Source: Octopus vulgaris
Lineage: Eukaryota
DNA: 64,000 nucleotides
NCBI GenBank assembly: GCA_951406725.2
Contig: OX597818.1
Coordinates: 17,174,001 to 17,238,000, forward strand
Direction of reading: 5' to 3'
Shown here: in pieces, positions 30,219 to 43,514 of the stretch
Layout: each line of letters begins with the position of its first letter
How positions within the stretch are numbered: the first letter of the stretch is position 1
Notes under the pieces: model-generated
What the model saw: only the letters and a program-made list of their open reading frames with translations
Databases searched by the model: none
Told to the model about the DNA's origin: nothing
Position numbers and translations under genes: made by a program

Positions 30219-31016
30219 CACATACATACCTACACATACACACATACATACATACAAATATACATATACATATATATATATATACAATCCAATACAGGCC
30301 CATTCCCTAATTTTAATTTTATTATCTTCATTTATTACTTTTGTTATCTTTGATCGCTAGGGCTAAGAATCCTGGCAATGGCTGCATGTCCATTTGTCTG
30401 TCTACTAGAAGGCAAGTACTCATTCCCGCACGCACACTCATTAGCACGTACATTCACCCATTCGTACACTCATACACATACACGTACGCACGCGTTATAT
30501 TCATACATACAAACATCTACATACATTCACGTATATACACATACGTACTCGTACCTACAGATTCGTGTCTACACTTTAGGAGGCTAGTCTATACACATAC
30601 GTACTCGTACCTACAGATTCGTGTCTACACTTTAGGAGGCTAGTCTATATGTATAGACTAGCCTCCTAAAGTGTAGACACGAATCTGTAGGTACGAGTAC
30701 GTATGTGTATATACGTGAATGTATGTAGATGTTTGTATGTATGAATGTAACGCGTGCGTACGTGTATGTGTATGAGTGTACGAATGGGTGAATGTACGTG
30801 CTAATGAGTGTGCGTGCGGGAATGAGTACTTGCCTTCTAGTAGACAGACAAATGGACATGCAGCCATTGCCAGGATTCTTAGCCCTAGCGATCAAAGATA
30901 ACAAAAGTAATAAATGAAGATAATAAAATTAAAATTAGGGAATGGGCCTGTATTGGATTGTATATATATATATATGTATATGTATATTTGTATGTATGTA
31001 TGTGTGTATGTGTAGG

Positions 31017-31061
<45 letters not shown>

Positions 31062-31500
31062 ATATATATGTGTATGTATGTGTGTGTGTGTAGATACGTA
31101 TACATGTGTGTATAGGTATAAGTGAGAATCTCCTTATTTACCTATAACTCTATCCCCCCCTTTTTTTATATATATATTTTTTTATATTTATATTTATATT
31201 TATATATATTTTTTATATATATATTTTTTTTATATATATATTTTTTATATTTTTTATTTTTTAATTTTTTTATTTTATATTTTTTTATTTTTTTATTTTT
31301 TTATATTTTATTTTTTATTTTTTTATTTTTTTATTTTTTTATTTTTTTATTTATCTATTCTTTCATCTAACTTACCACTGACTCCTTGACCACTCCCCCA
31401 AGTATGATATTTTGCGCTATGCCTACCCCCAAAAAGTCCCCCACCACCACTCCTTTAAACCTGCCTAAATGTATAAATGCTAATACAATTCTTGTTAAAT

Positions 31501-31551
31501 AGCTTCCTGAAGATTTCTCTTGAATGAAACAGTACTAGTCCTGTAGAAGCT
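31501..31551 (+). ncRNA. Type I hammerhead ribozyme motif
   Basis: Stem I AGCTTC/GAAGCT; core CTGAAGA; stem II TTC-TCTT-GAA; GAAA; stem III CAG-TACTAGTC-CTG; GUA cleavage triplet (after 31545). Confidence 0.78.
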
Positions 31552-31634
31552 CCTTCTATATAATAAATTAATTTTACTCTGCTATGTATTGAGTACCTTA
31601 CTTACTGTGGTTAACCCCGAATCAACCCGGGACC

Positions 31635-31737
<103 letters not shown>

Positions 31738-31841
31738 CTGTAGATTAATATGTGACAATTATTCAATAGCCAAGATAAAACTCTGAGTTTCGGATGCCGA
31801 AGTGGAAATCCACAACACCATCGCTTCGGTTATCTGGCCAG

Positions 31842-32479
31842 ATATATCCATATATCCGGAACCGGAGTCACTGAGGCAGTTACTGAAGAAGTCTTTACCA
31901 ATCTATTGGCCGGCCACTCTTGCTGCGGGAGAGGTCACCATTCATAACGATCATTGTGCCGATGGACAATACACCAAAATACTTGCGGCATTTCGTTCAT
32001 CTTTACGTTCTGGGATCAAATTCCACCGAAGTCGACTTTGTTTTCATCCTTTCGAGGTCAATGAAATAAGTACCAGTTGAACTCTGGGGCCGATGTATAG
32101 TATAAGGCGGCGGACTGGCTGAATTGTTAGCACGTCAGAAAATAAAGGATGCTCTACGTCACCGAGATTGACTTTGTCGTTCATCGTGCGGGGTCAATAA
32201 AATAAGTAGCAGCTGAGCATTAAGATCGATGTAATCAGCTTACCCACACCCTCAAAATTTCTAACTTTGAGATAAAATTTTAAACCATTGCTATAGCTTA
32301 GTCTTCGGTTACTTTTCGCAGTTATTTTCGAATTGATTGTTATTTATTACAGGCTGCATTGCGTGATCATTACAATGACACGTGCCGCAGGATACTCCCT
32401 TTTCTGGAGAAGACGTTGGGGCAATACGACAATGGCACAAAGTATTTCTTTGGAGAACAGGTAAGCTTGTTTACATATA

Positions 32480-32545
<66 letters not shown>

Positions 32546-32734
32546 TAGATACATAGATACATAAATACATGCATGCACACATACACTCACACACACATAT
32601 ATCCATATATCCGGAACCGGAGTCACTGAGGCAGTTACTGAAGAAGACTTTACCAATCTATTGGCCGGCAACTCTTGCTGCTGGAGAGGTTACCATTTGT
32701 ATCGATCATTGTGCCAATGGACAATGCACCAAAA
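31842..32734 (+). repeat. ~138-bp direct repeats (31842-31979 and 32597-32734) flanking exon 4
   Basis: ATATATCCATATATCCGGAACCGGAGTCACTGAGGCAGTTACTGAAGAAG...CACCAAAA occurs twice with scattered substitutions. Confidence 0.9.
32353..32460 (+). CDS. S-crystallin coding exon 4
   Basis: Acceptor TTATTACAG. Encodes AALRDHYNDTCRRILPFLEKTLGQYDNGTKYFFGEQ. Donor GTAAGC. Confidence 0.95.
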
Positions 32735-33295
32735 CTTTCCTGCTATAATATTTTTGTGTTGTACACTCATCGACACCCCCCTTTTTTTTTCCAAATTACT
32801 GCAGCGATGGAAGAGCAGTAAAACGACAGATGGAAGAGTAACCCCTGAGTTGTAGCTGTAAACCTGTACATTTGTGACCCTTCACAGCGCAATCGTCTTT
32901 CTCGGATTCGAGAAAATAGCAAGATGAAAAAGGAAGAATATATATACCACGAATATCTTTTATATCTTATATATCTTTTAAATTTGTTAACGAGAAACAT
33001 TTTGAATATACAAATAAAGCTCCTATTCCACTATGCTGGCCATAGTCTACTTAATGCTGACTGGTGAACCAGTTTTTGGGATTGCATCGAGCTGTTCCGA
33101 CTAATGTAGGATAAATATAGTAATAATAACAATAATCATTGGATGGAATTTATAATCCATGGCTAAGCGCGTTTCCACAAATCATATGAGTCTTAAGATT
33201 ACAGTGCATATCACGGACTATGATCTTAAGAGACATGTCATTTGTGGAAACGCGCGTAGTGATGCATTAAATGTTTATAAATTAAATGCTTATAT

Positions 33296-33925
33296 ATAAC
33301 ATAGCTGATCTATAAAGAACTATATTATTACATTTTAACTTCATTTTAACCTCTTTTCCAGCTTGTTAACGACACACAATTTGTGTTCGATCTATTGTGA
33401 GTAAGTGAGCGAATTACTCCCCTCCAGCTTGGCAAGACAAGTATACCATGGTTTCTGGATCTTTACTCTTCATCGGTACTGAACGCCTGCCTGCTAGAGA
33501 TGGTAGTCACTCGCCCCTACCCACAATATATAAAAAGCGAAGCGGCAAACAATCGCTGATCTCGTAAGGGGCAAAATAGCTAGTTCTAAAATCTCTAACA
33601 AAAAAGTTTCCGCCTAGTATTGTTACTATCTCGTTTAGAGATTTTAGAACTAGCTATTTTGCCCCTTACGAGATCAGCGGCTGTCTGCCGCTTCGCTGTT
33701 TATATAAAGTGGGTTGGAGCAAGTGACTGCCATCTCTAACAGGCATGTGTCCAGGGAAATAGACCAGTAGACCATGGTCTACTGGTCTATTTGCCAAGCT
33801 AGAGGGAAATGATTTGCTCCCTTACAATATATCAGACACAGATTGTGTCGTTAACCAACTGGAAAAGACTTTTTCTTGGAGTTAAAAATGTAGTAACATA
33901 GTTCGTTTTAGAACAGCCATGTTAT
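33296..33925. mobile_element. Fold-back MITE with long diverged inverted arms (~630 bp)
   Basis: Arms pair throughout, e.g. GCTGATCTCGTAAGGGGCAAAATAGCTAGTTCTAAAATCTCTAA and its reverse complement around a ~35-nt loop. A smaller hairpin lies at about 33162-33259. Confidence 0.75.
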
Positions 33926-33943
33926 CGTGGCAAAAAAGCGTTA

Positions 33944-34001
<58 letters not shown>

Positions 34002-34219
34002 TATGTATCGTCTGTAAAAACGTTAATCCGAAAGAAGCACACTCTAAGATATAGAGCAGTATATATTAAAAATGGAGAAGGCCGGTTTATGTGATTACCT
34101 TAGGTTTCTCCGGCGCCAACAGGTTATGGGATTTGACGATACACCATAAAGCTAAACCTTTTATGGAGGGGAAACCTAAGGTATTCCCATAAACCGGCCT
34201 CCCCACTTTATATATATAT

Positions 34220-34286
<67 letters not shown>

Positions 34287-34725
34287 CATAATTTTTATAT
34301 ATATATACATATATATATATATACATGATTATGAGTAAGTGTGTGTGCATATGTGTGAGTTTGAAGGTATATTTCTACAACTAACAATGCAAATATAAAT
34401 CTCATAAAATATGCAAATCACAAGCTTCTCTTTAAACTAGATAATTATGTTCGTGAGTTCCGATGACATTGTTGTGCTAATTTTTTGTTTCACTCAACAA
34501 TAGCAATGTAAATAGCAGTTTAGTGACTAAAATTTGTTTTTATTTTTCAATAAATTCCTCAGTTGATTGTACAATTATATTAATTACATTTATTAACCAC
34601 ATTAGGAGGAATGTTACTTATTATATTCTAAATGTTCCTGTTGTGGACTACAGTCATCCCACTATTCTTATATTATTTTGTTTCTGTAATTGGAATGCGG
34701 CCATTTAGTACATATATTTACATAG

Positions 34726-34756
<31 letters not shown>

Positions 34757-34841
34757 TGTATGTATGTATGTATGTGTGTATGTATACATGCATGCATAAA
34801 TATCTATAAATTCCATTCAAGGATTATTGTTTATATATATA

Positions 34842-34872
<31 letters not shown>

Positions 34873-34873
34873 A

Positions 34874-34928
<55 letters not shown>

Positions 34929-36155
34929 TGTTGTATTTCGAGATGGTCATTTTTTGTGTCAAATGAAAACACGCACTATATGTTCCAGGGTCTGGTGCCC
35001 CCATAAAATCCCTGATCTCGTACGGAGAACAATTGTATTGTATTTAGGATGAACTCACAGGTTAATTGTAAGGTTAGGAATAAGATGTATTGCTTATGAT
35101 GTACTGAGGAACGGTGCAGAAGCATGACAACTACTTACAGTGGAAAGATAGCACGCAGCATATGGGAGCGTATAAGGGAACACTGGAGAGAGCTCAAAGA
35201 AGAGAAAGGCTTGTCAGTTCTTTACCAACACGCGCAAGCAGGGCATAGAGGCTCGGTTAATAGCATAGAGGTTAAGGTATTATCAACACAGAATTGATAC
35301 GACACTTTGGTAGATTACAGAGGCTACACACATAACAACAGGCAGACCGTGCCTCAACAGAAAACACGAATAGAACAATAACACGCACCACCACACCGCA
35401 CGATATGACGATTAAGACAGAAGAGAGAAAACATAGATGCAAATAGTGTAATATACACACAATAGACAAATAAGCACATACCTATGATAAATATAAGCAA
35501 TAGAGATAGATAATTTAAAAAAAACTGCATAAAGGGCACGGATACAAACAGCATAGGAAGCGAACCCATGTTCACACAAAAAACACACATACAGTAACTT
35601 CACAGACGGCCGTAACGATATCACCAACGCAACCAACAACGACAACAGCGACAGAGGTAACTATAACGGCAACAACAACAACAGCAACAACAACAACACT
35701 GAGGGCAGCAGCGTGGGTGAACACACAGATACAGAGAGATACAGGAATGATACCAAAAGTTCGGTTCAAGGGCGAGAGCAGCGGCAACGGGGGAGAGGAT
35801 TGGGCTGAGGGGAAGGTCATAGTACCACTAAGAATAATGCGCGCGCATGCACACATACACACATACAGATGCAAACGCGTGCGCATGAGGATACACATCA
35901 AAGAAGAACAAAATGGACTAAGCGAGGTAAAGCACATACGAAGACAGAAAGCGTCACTGGAAAGGTCACGGTTGTGTAACGAAAGATTTCCTGACAATGG
36001 GTATGAGTTAGAATATGAACAGTAATAAACGAGTGAAGAACGAATATATACTGCATATGTTTAATTGGCAAAAAATACTGTCCAGAAATAAAACAATATC
36101 TGTTTTAACACACGGTTTCACAACGGGAATCTTGCAACGCAAGTTCATAAATGTA

Positions 36156-36217
<62 letters not shown>

Positions 36218-36219
36218 GT

Positions 36220-36343
<124 letters not shown>

Positions 36344-36345
36344 GT

Positions 36346-36398
<53 letters not shown>

Positions 36399-36544
36399 GT
36401 GTTCAACGTTGGTTCTATGTCAGCGTGTGTATATATGAATTTTTTGTGTAATGAGATAAAAAAATGTCTATACAGCCGTGGTTTTTTTTAATCTCATTAC
36501 GCAGAAAACTCATATATGTATATACAGATATATATATATATATC

Positions 36545-36549
36545 ATCAT

Positions 36550-36592
<43 letters not shown>

Positions 36593-37545
36593 GGTTAACG
36601 TCCGCTTTCCATGCTAGCATGGGTTGGACGGTTCAACTGGGGTCTGGGAAGCCCGAAGGCTGCACCAGGCCAGTCAGATCTGGCAGTGTTTCTACAGCTG
36701 GATGCCCTTCCTAACGCCAACCACTCCGTGAGTGTAGTGGGTGCTTTTTATGTGCCACCGACACAGGTGCCAGACGAGGCTGGCGAACGGCCACGCTCGG
36801 ATGGTGCTTTTTATGTGCCACCGACACAGGTGCCAGACGAGGCTGGCGAACGGCCACGCTCGGATGGTGTTTTTTTATGTGCCACCGACACAGGTGCCAG
36901 ACGAGGCTGGCGAACGGCCACGCTCGGATGGTGTTTTTTACGTGCCACCGACATGGAGGCCAGGCGAGGCTGGCACGGCCACGATCGAATGGTGTTTGTT
37001 ACGTGCCCACAGCACGGAGGCCAGTCGATGCGGTACTGGCTACGGCCACGTTCGGATGGCTTTCGTATTGTGCCACCGGCACTGGTACCACAAAAATACA
37101 AATTCCATTGATGTTCTTCGATTTTGATTTGATTTGATTTTCACTTGCCTCAACAGGTCTTCACAAGTGTCCCAAGAACGGAGGTATGCACAGGTGGACT
37201 GACTACGTCCCAGGTAGGGGCCATGGGTTATGGCCTCACGTATCCTGCCGGGTCTTCTCGCGCACAGCATACTTCCAAAGGTCTCGGTCTCTGGGCATTT
37301 CCTCGGTGAGACCTAAAGCGCGAAGGTCGTTCTTCACCACCTCGTCCCAGGTTTTCTGGGTCTACCTCTTCCACAGGTTCCCTCAACCGCTAGGTGTGGC
37401 ACTTTTTCACACAACTATCTTCATCCATTCTTACTACGTGTCCATACCAGCGTAGACGCCTCTCTTGCACACCACATCTGATGCTTCTTAGGTCCAACTT
37501 TTTCTCTCAAGGCACTTACACTCTGTCGGGTATGAACACTGACAT
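36545..37545 (-). mobile_element. RTE-clade LINE 3' end with (GAT)n tail
   Basis: Minus strand gives RRLRWYGHVVRMDEDSCVKKCH, EGTCGRGRP and KTWDEVVKNDLRALGLTEEM (with frameshifts). (CAT)n at about 36545-36591. Confidence 0.85.
36740..37085. repeat. 63-bp GC-rich minisatellite (~5.5 units) in the RTE 3' UTR
   Basis: GGTGCTTTTTATGTGCCACCGACACAGGTGCCAGACGAGGCTGGCGAACGGCCACGCTCGGAT starts at 36740, 36803 and 36866, then diverged units follow. Confidence 0.9.
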
Positions 37546-37606
37546 ATGTATATGTATGTATATATATATATATATATGTATATGTGTATATATATATGTA
37601 TATGTA

Positions 37607-37647
<41 letters not shown>

Positions 37648-37723
37648 TAAGGGTAAACATTGATATTAGTCAATTAAAACCAGTGGTCTAGCACATTAAA
37701 AAGAATCCGAAGATTAAAATATT

Positions 37724-37996
37724 TATATATACCAATTAAGGACTGAGCACGAAAAGGTGGTCAGTCAACATGCTAGATATAGACGTCAAATCGCCATTTC
37801 CACAAAGATTTTGTTCTCAAATAAAAATAAAATTCAGCACGACCTAAAGCAATGGATATTTCTTTTGTCTTATCCATTGCTTTAGGTCGTGCTGAATTTT
37901 ATTTTTATTTGAGAACAAAATCTTTGTGGAGAATGGCGATTTGACGTCTATATCTAGCATGTTGACTGACCACCTTTTCGTGCTCAGTCCTTAATT

Positions 37997-38006
<10 letters not shown>
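37724..38006. repeat. ~135-bp-arm inverted repeat with 12-nt spacer, just upstream of exon 5
   Basis: Arms 37724-37858 and 37871-38006, nearly identical; embedded in (TA)n. Confidence 0.9.
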
Positions 38007-38038
<32 letters not shown>

Positions 38039-38194
38039 GGTTAGTTAAAATATGTTTGGGACATATTTCAACTAACCTAAATTTTGCTTATGTCTAAACA
38101 CTAATTGGCGCTAACATTTCGATATGTGTGTGTATGAACAGCCGTCGTATATGTATAAATGTATTTATGGTATATGTTATGGTTTATGTTGCAG

Positions 38195-38359
38195 ATAATG
38201 TTATGTGACATGATGTGCTATGCCGCTTTGGAAAGCCCCATCAATGACAACCAGACCATCTTGAAAGATTACCCGAAACTCAGGAATCTTAGACATCGTG
38301 TTGTTTGCCATCCCCAAATATCCGCTTATCTACTGAAACGTTCAGACACATCTTTTTAA
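38195..38359 (+). CDS. S-crystallin coding exon 5 (terminal)
   Basis: Acceptor TGTTGCAG. Encodes IMLCDMMCYAALESPINDNQTILKDYPKLRNLRHRVVCHPQISAYLLKRSDTSF*, the typical S-crystallin C-terminus. Confidence 0.95.
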   Translation: MMLCDMMCYAALESPINDNQTILKDYPKLRNLRHRVVCHPQISAYLLKRSDTSF

Positions 38360-38383
38360 AACGTTCTAAACAGAATCGAACAG

Positions 38384-38465
<82 letters not shown>

Positions 38466-38687
38466 CCTACCTACCTACCTGGCTGTCTAGGTCTCTCTCA
38501 CTCACTCTCCCTCATTCTCTCTTTTTTTCTCTTTCTCTCTCTCCCTCTTTCGCTGTGTATATGTATGTATGCGTGCATGCGCCTATCTTTCTCCTAGTTT
38601 ATCTACCGCTATATATAAGAATTAAAATACGAGACTTTTTCACACCAAAAAGGCTTGCAAATAAATAATTGTATACATTTCTACATA

Positions 38688-38718
<31 letters not shown>

Positions 38719-38938
38719 TGTATGTATGTATGTATGTATGTATGTATGTATGTATGTATGTATGTATGTATGTATGTATGTATGTATGTATGTATGTATG
38801 TATGTATGTATGAATTTGTATAAATGAAAAAACTGGAGTTAGCAAGGCGTACCATTGGAGAGTTAATTTTTAATCACTACAATTGTTTCCACCCAATGTA
38901 TCCACTATAGGTACATATATGAATACCAGCTAACTTCC

Positions 38939-39005
<67 letters not shown>

Positions 39006-39065
39006 TTATATATATATATACGCACACGCACAAATATATGTATATATACAGTTCTATATTTAAGA

Positions 39066-39248
39066 GGTGAGGAATTATTTACATTTGACGGATATTTGTA
39101 TCGAACTCGGAATCTTGGGGTTAGTAGCCCGCGCTCCTAACCACTACGCCATATGCCCATGTGCATATGGCGTAGTGGAGCATATGGCGTAGTGCTTAAA
39201 AGTGCGGGCTACTAACCCCAAAATTCCAAGTTCGATTCCAGGCATTGA

Positions 39249-39331
<83 letters not shown>

Positions 39332-39480
39332 TCGAAAAACACCTTAGGAACGAGAACCCAGGTTCCAAATTTCTCCAAGAAACCTAATGAAGGCTAGAGA
39401 GTTTATCACCCGTAACGTTGTTAACAAACAACAAACAAGATGAGGACAAATATCCGTCAAATGTAACTAATGTAAATAAT
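39066..39480 (+). mobile_element. tRNA-headed SINE-like element with (AAT)n linker, degenerate hammerhead tail and inverted 5' duplications
   Basis: Head 39180-39243 (TGGCGTAGTG, GTTCGATTCC); inverted head 39100-39158; CTAATGA..GTAACGTT at 39384-39419; terminal 21-mer 39446-39466 inverted at 39079-39099. Confidence 0.65.
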
Positions 39481-39487
39481 GGATATG

Positions 39488-39518
<31 letters not shown>

Positions 39519-39914
39519 TAGCTATTAGCGACAAAAGCAGCCTTTATACCGAATAATAATTATTACATCCAACTTAATCTGGATGGGTTGTAAGCTGCAG
39601 TGGACATCCTGCAAAAAACGAAAAATAAAAATCATTTTGTGTAGAAGAGAAATGCTTAAAGGAATCGAACTTGCACCCCGGTTGATTAAATTTCGTCAGC
39701 ACCAGCGGATATCACTACAATAACGTAATTTCACCGTATTGCGAACCATCAGCAGCAGGAAGCCAAATGCCGAACGTCAGAATGAAAATCAGTTAAACCC
39801 ACATAGAATAATACTGGCCAAAAAGCTAGAGGTATCGCAGGCTGTGTATAAATAAGTTATTAGCCACAAGGCAGCCTTCGTAATGAATATTAATCACCGC
39901 ATTCAACATAACCT

Positions 39915-40159
39915 GAACGTGTTGTTTATAACCCCGTAGGCTACAGTCAACGTATTTGTCGTCTAGACGAAACGTTTGTTCGAGGCGTTTACCGTAGCCT
40001 ACGGTGTTATAAGCAACACCGTGAAGAATATATATCTCTTATGGTAAAAAGGTGTCGCCATCTATTAGGAATCCCAGACATCGAAGCTTGAAACATCAAT
40101 GTCTGGGATTCTTAACAGATGGTGACACTTTTTTTTTACCATAAAAGAGATATATTCTC
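39915..40159. repeat. Two adjacent imperfect hairpin (MITE-like) elements
   Basis: About 39915-40022 and 40025-40159, each with reverse-complementary arms. Confidence 0.65.
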
Positions 40160-40286
40160 TACGGTAATTGCAGTATATTTCCCGTTCAGCAGTTGAAATC
40201 ACAAACATATTTCACAAACATATTTCAAGTAACCTAAATTTTGCTCATGCCTAAACATTGCTTACCACTAACATTTCGATTATCTA

Positions 40287-40342
<56 letters not shown>

Positions 40343-40395
40343 GCGCGCGTGCGTGTATGTGTGTGTGCGTGTATGTGTGTGTGTGCGTGTGTGTT

Positions 40396-40436
<41 letters not shown>

Positions 40437-40439
<3 letters not shown>

Positions 40440-40603
40440 AAATAAGAAAATGGAGAAATACACCTTAATCAATGATCAACTACCAGATAATACTCAATCA
40501 CATAATTTATTAATCCAGTAGTGGTTTAATAAATTATGTGATTGGGTAATTATCTGGTAGTTGATCATTGATTAAGATGTGTTTCTCCATTTTCTTATTT
40601 TGT
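40437..40603. repeat. Inverted repeat with ~77-bp arms
   Basis: ACAAAATAAGAAAATGGAGAAA...TTAA and TTAATAAATTATGTG...TTCTTATTTTGT with a few mismatches. Confidence 0.85.
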
Positions 40604-40771
40604 ATTATTAAAATGTGGTAAAACATTTTACCTTTGCCCATATAATACAGTAAATGAATTAATTGCATCACAATTCTTAACATTTATTTATTAACTTTGT
40701 TGGGTACTTTACTAGCAGTATATTGGATATATGTTATCCCATGGTGGGTTGCACTCACAACCCTTATCTCA

Positions 40772-40807
<36 letters not shown>

Positions 40808-41386
40808 TAGGTTTCGGGAGGGCTATTTTGCCTGTAAGAAACCCATGCACTAACTTTATTTCACTTTTTACCGTGATTTATAAAGTAAGATTGTTAGTCA
40901 ACCATTTGACCAAATAAGTAACCGATGGTTTAATTACTTGTTCGATCACTGAATCAGTCAGCTGGTTTGACAGTCTTTACGCAGTCATCTGCGACCTCAT
41001 TTGTAATGTGACCACTTTCTTTCCATGTGTGTCTCGCTTTCAATATTATTTGTTTCTATGGTATGCTTGGAATTTCTGGCTTGAAATAAATCTGAAGAGA
41101 AAAATATCAAACTTCATTGTTGTTGTTGTTTTTGTTGCTAGTTTTTTTTGTTGTCCTTGCGTTTATCTCTTACTGTTTACGTTTTTTCAATCAATGCACT
41201 AAGGCTATGCTGGGACACCGTCTTCAAGGGTTTAGTCGAGCAAATCGACCCCAGTACTTATTGTTAAAAGAAGTTCTGGTACTTATTCTGCCGGTCCCTT
41301 TTACTCAGCCACTAAGTAATGGGGACGTAAACAAACCAACACCGATTGTCATGCAGTGGCTGGGACATCAAACACAAACATACAGG

Positions 41387-41474
<88 letters not shown>

Positions 41475-41567
41475 TGTGTGTAGATATATAAAGAACATTA
41501 TTACTCATAAGAGACATCAATATTAGTGGCCGCAAGCTTAAAACCGTACAGGCAAAATTAATAGACA

Positions 41568-42083
41568 TGTATAAGAATCATATATAACAAGGGTACTAAG
41601 CACCAGCTTTGCTAAAAATAGGAGTAAAAACACTTCGAAGCCACAAGAATTAAATTTTTACAAGTATGGTTGGAAAAAAGAAAACTATGTTTAATAAGTA
41701 TTGCGTCTTACCTCTGCAAAATTTCAAGAAGGAATACCAGTTAACCTGGTAACATGATTTCCAATTTAGCCCCAAAATTACTTGATTCTCTTCAGTTCGT
41801 TTTTCCAATGCAGCTTTGGCCCTCGAACGAACACAGGCATTGGTTGAAGTCAATTATAAGTACTGTTATGAGTAGACTTGGCTGAAGAGAATCCAGTGTT
41901 TTGGGTGCTAAATCCGAAATCACGATACCAGGTTAACTGGCATTCCTTCTTGCAATTTGGCAGAGGTAAGACGCAATCCTTATTCACTTAGTTTTTTTTT
42001 CAAACATGCCTGTAAAAATTTGGGGATAATTCTTGAGGCTTCGGATGCTTCTTAGTGCCCTTGTCATATATAATTCTTGTATA
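41568..42083. mobile_element. Fold-back MITE with ~210-bp diverged arms
   Basis: For example TTGCGTCTTACCTCTGC / GCAGAGGTAAGACGCAA and CCAGTTAACCTGGTA / TACCAGGTTAACTGG. Confidence 0.75.
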
Positions 42084-42092
42084 TATATATTG

Positions 42093-42163
<71 letters not shown>

Positions 42164-42221
42164 ATATATATATATATATATACAATATATATATATATAT
42201 ATGTGTGTGTGTGTATGTATG

Positions 42222-42264
<43 letters not shown>

Positions 42265-43249
42265 GTTGTGTTTTATAGTATGTATGTATAGGCGCAGGAG
42301 TGGCTTGGTAACCAACCACAAGGTTGGTTCAGTCCCACTGCGTAGCACCTTGGTCGAGTGTCTTCTACTATAGCTTCGGGCCGACCAAAGCCTTGTGAGT
42401 GAATTTAGTAGATAGAAACTGAAAGAAGCCCGTCATATATATATATATGTGTATGTGTGTGTGTGTTTGTGTTTGAGTCTCCGTGTTTGTCCTCCCCACC
42501 ATCGCTTGATAATTGTTGCTGGTGTGTTTACACCCCCGTAACTTAGCGGTTCGGCAAAAGAGACCGACAGAATAAGTACTAGTCTTACAAAGATTAAGTC
42601 CTGGGATATATTTGCTCGACGAAAGGCGGTACTCCAGCACGGCCGCAATCAAATGACTGAAACAAGTAAAAGAATAAACTAATAAAAGAATAAAGACGGA
42701 CTTCAACACAGTTTACGTCTACGAAATTCGCTCACAAGATATCGGCCGGCCAGGGGTTATATTAGAAAATACTCGCCCAAGATTCTGTGTAGTGGGACTG
42801 AACCCGAAACCAAGTGGTTGCAAAGCAGCTTCTTAACTACATACTGCTTGTTATTGCTGCTGCTGTTGTGTAGATCTGTTCAGGTCCATACACCTGTTCG
42901 TAGATGGGTAAGACAAAAGGGCTTCGTACGACGAACCGAAAGGGATACGTCTCCCAGCTGGATGAAAGTCGCTACCACAAGGTGGAATGGTTTATTCCTG
43001 TAAACAGCAGAAGAATTGTAGAAATTGCCTTGTTCGGATTTTCCTGAAATTTTCAGTCGTAGGAAAATTTAACAATGAATTCTATTCCCATCCGTATTAC
43101 CATCACACTCTTCCACACCGCCACAGCCGCCACCATAACCGCCGCCACGTGTTTATACAAAATTATAATACATATAAAGAGAAGCGAGTGTGTGTATGTG
43201 CGTGCGTGTGTGTGTGTGTTTGTGTTTGTGTGTGTATGTGTGTGTGTGG

Positions 43250-43281
<32 letters not shown>

Positions 43282-43514
43282 AAGAGAGAGCAAGGGAGAG
43301 AGAGAGAGAGAGAGAGAGCGAAAGACACACAGATAATTTAATCGAAGCTGAAATTTCAAACCTTCACAAGTGCGATTTCCCCGTTATACAGTGATGGCGA
43401 CCTTCTTTATGCAAAGCAAATAACATGTTACGAGTAACTGACAGATTTAGAGAGGATTCACTTGAATTATTGAAAAAGTTAAGAAATCATAGTACTTGCA
43501 ATTATAGTTAACGA

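Larger units (their letters stand above)
29674..31568. repeat. ~1.9-kb near-perfect palindrome in crystallin intron 3
   Basis: Arms 29674-30649 and 30652-31568 with a 2-nt centre. Mirrored ORFs in the track (30341..30643 + and 30632..30904 -). A 56-bp tandem duplication is present in the left arm only. Confidence 0.95.

Noticed and set aside
35272-36025. ORFs 35572..35997 and 35717..36025 as genes
   Set aside because: No recognisable domain, low-complexity composition, and they lie within intron 4. Likely repeat-derived.
36740-37085. CRISPR-like array
   Set aside because: Units are contiguous with no unique spacers, there are no cas genes, and the context is a eukaryotic LINE.
39180-39250. 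Functional tRNA gene
   Set aside because: No acceptor stem can be formed and it is embedded in a repeat; treated as a SINE head.
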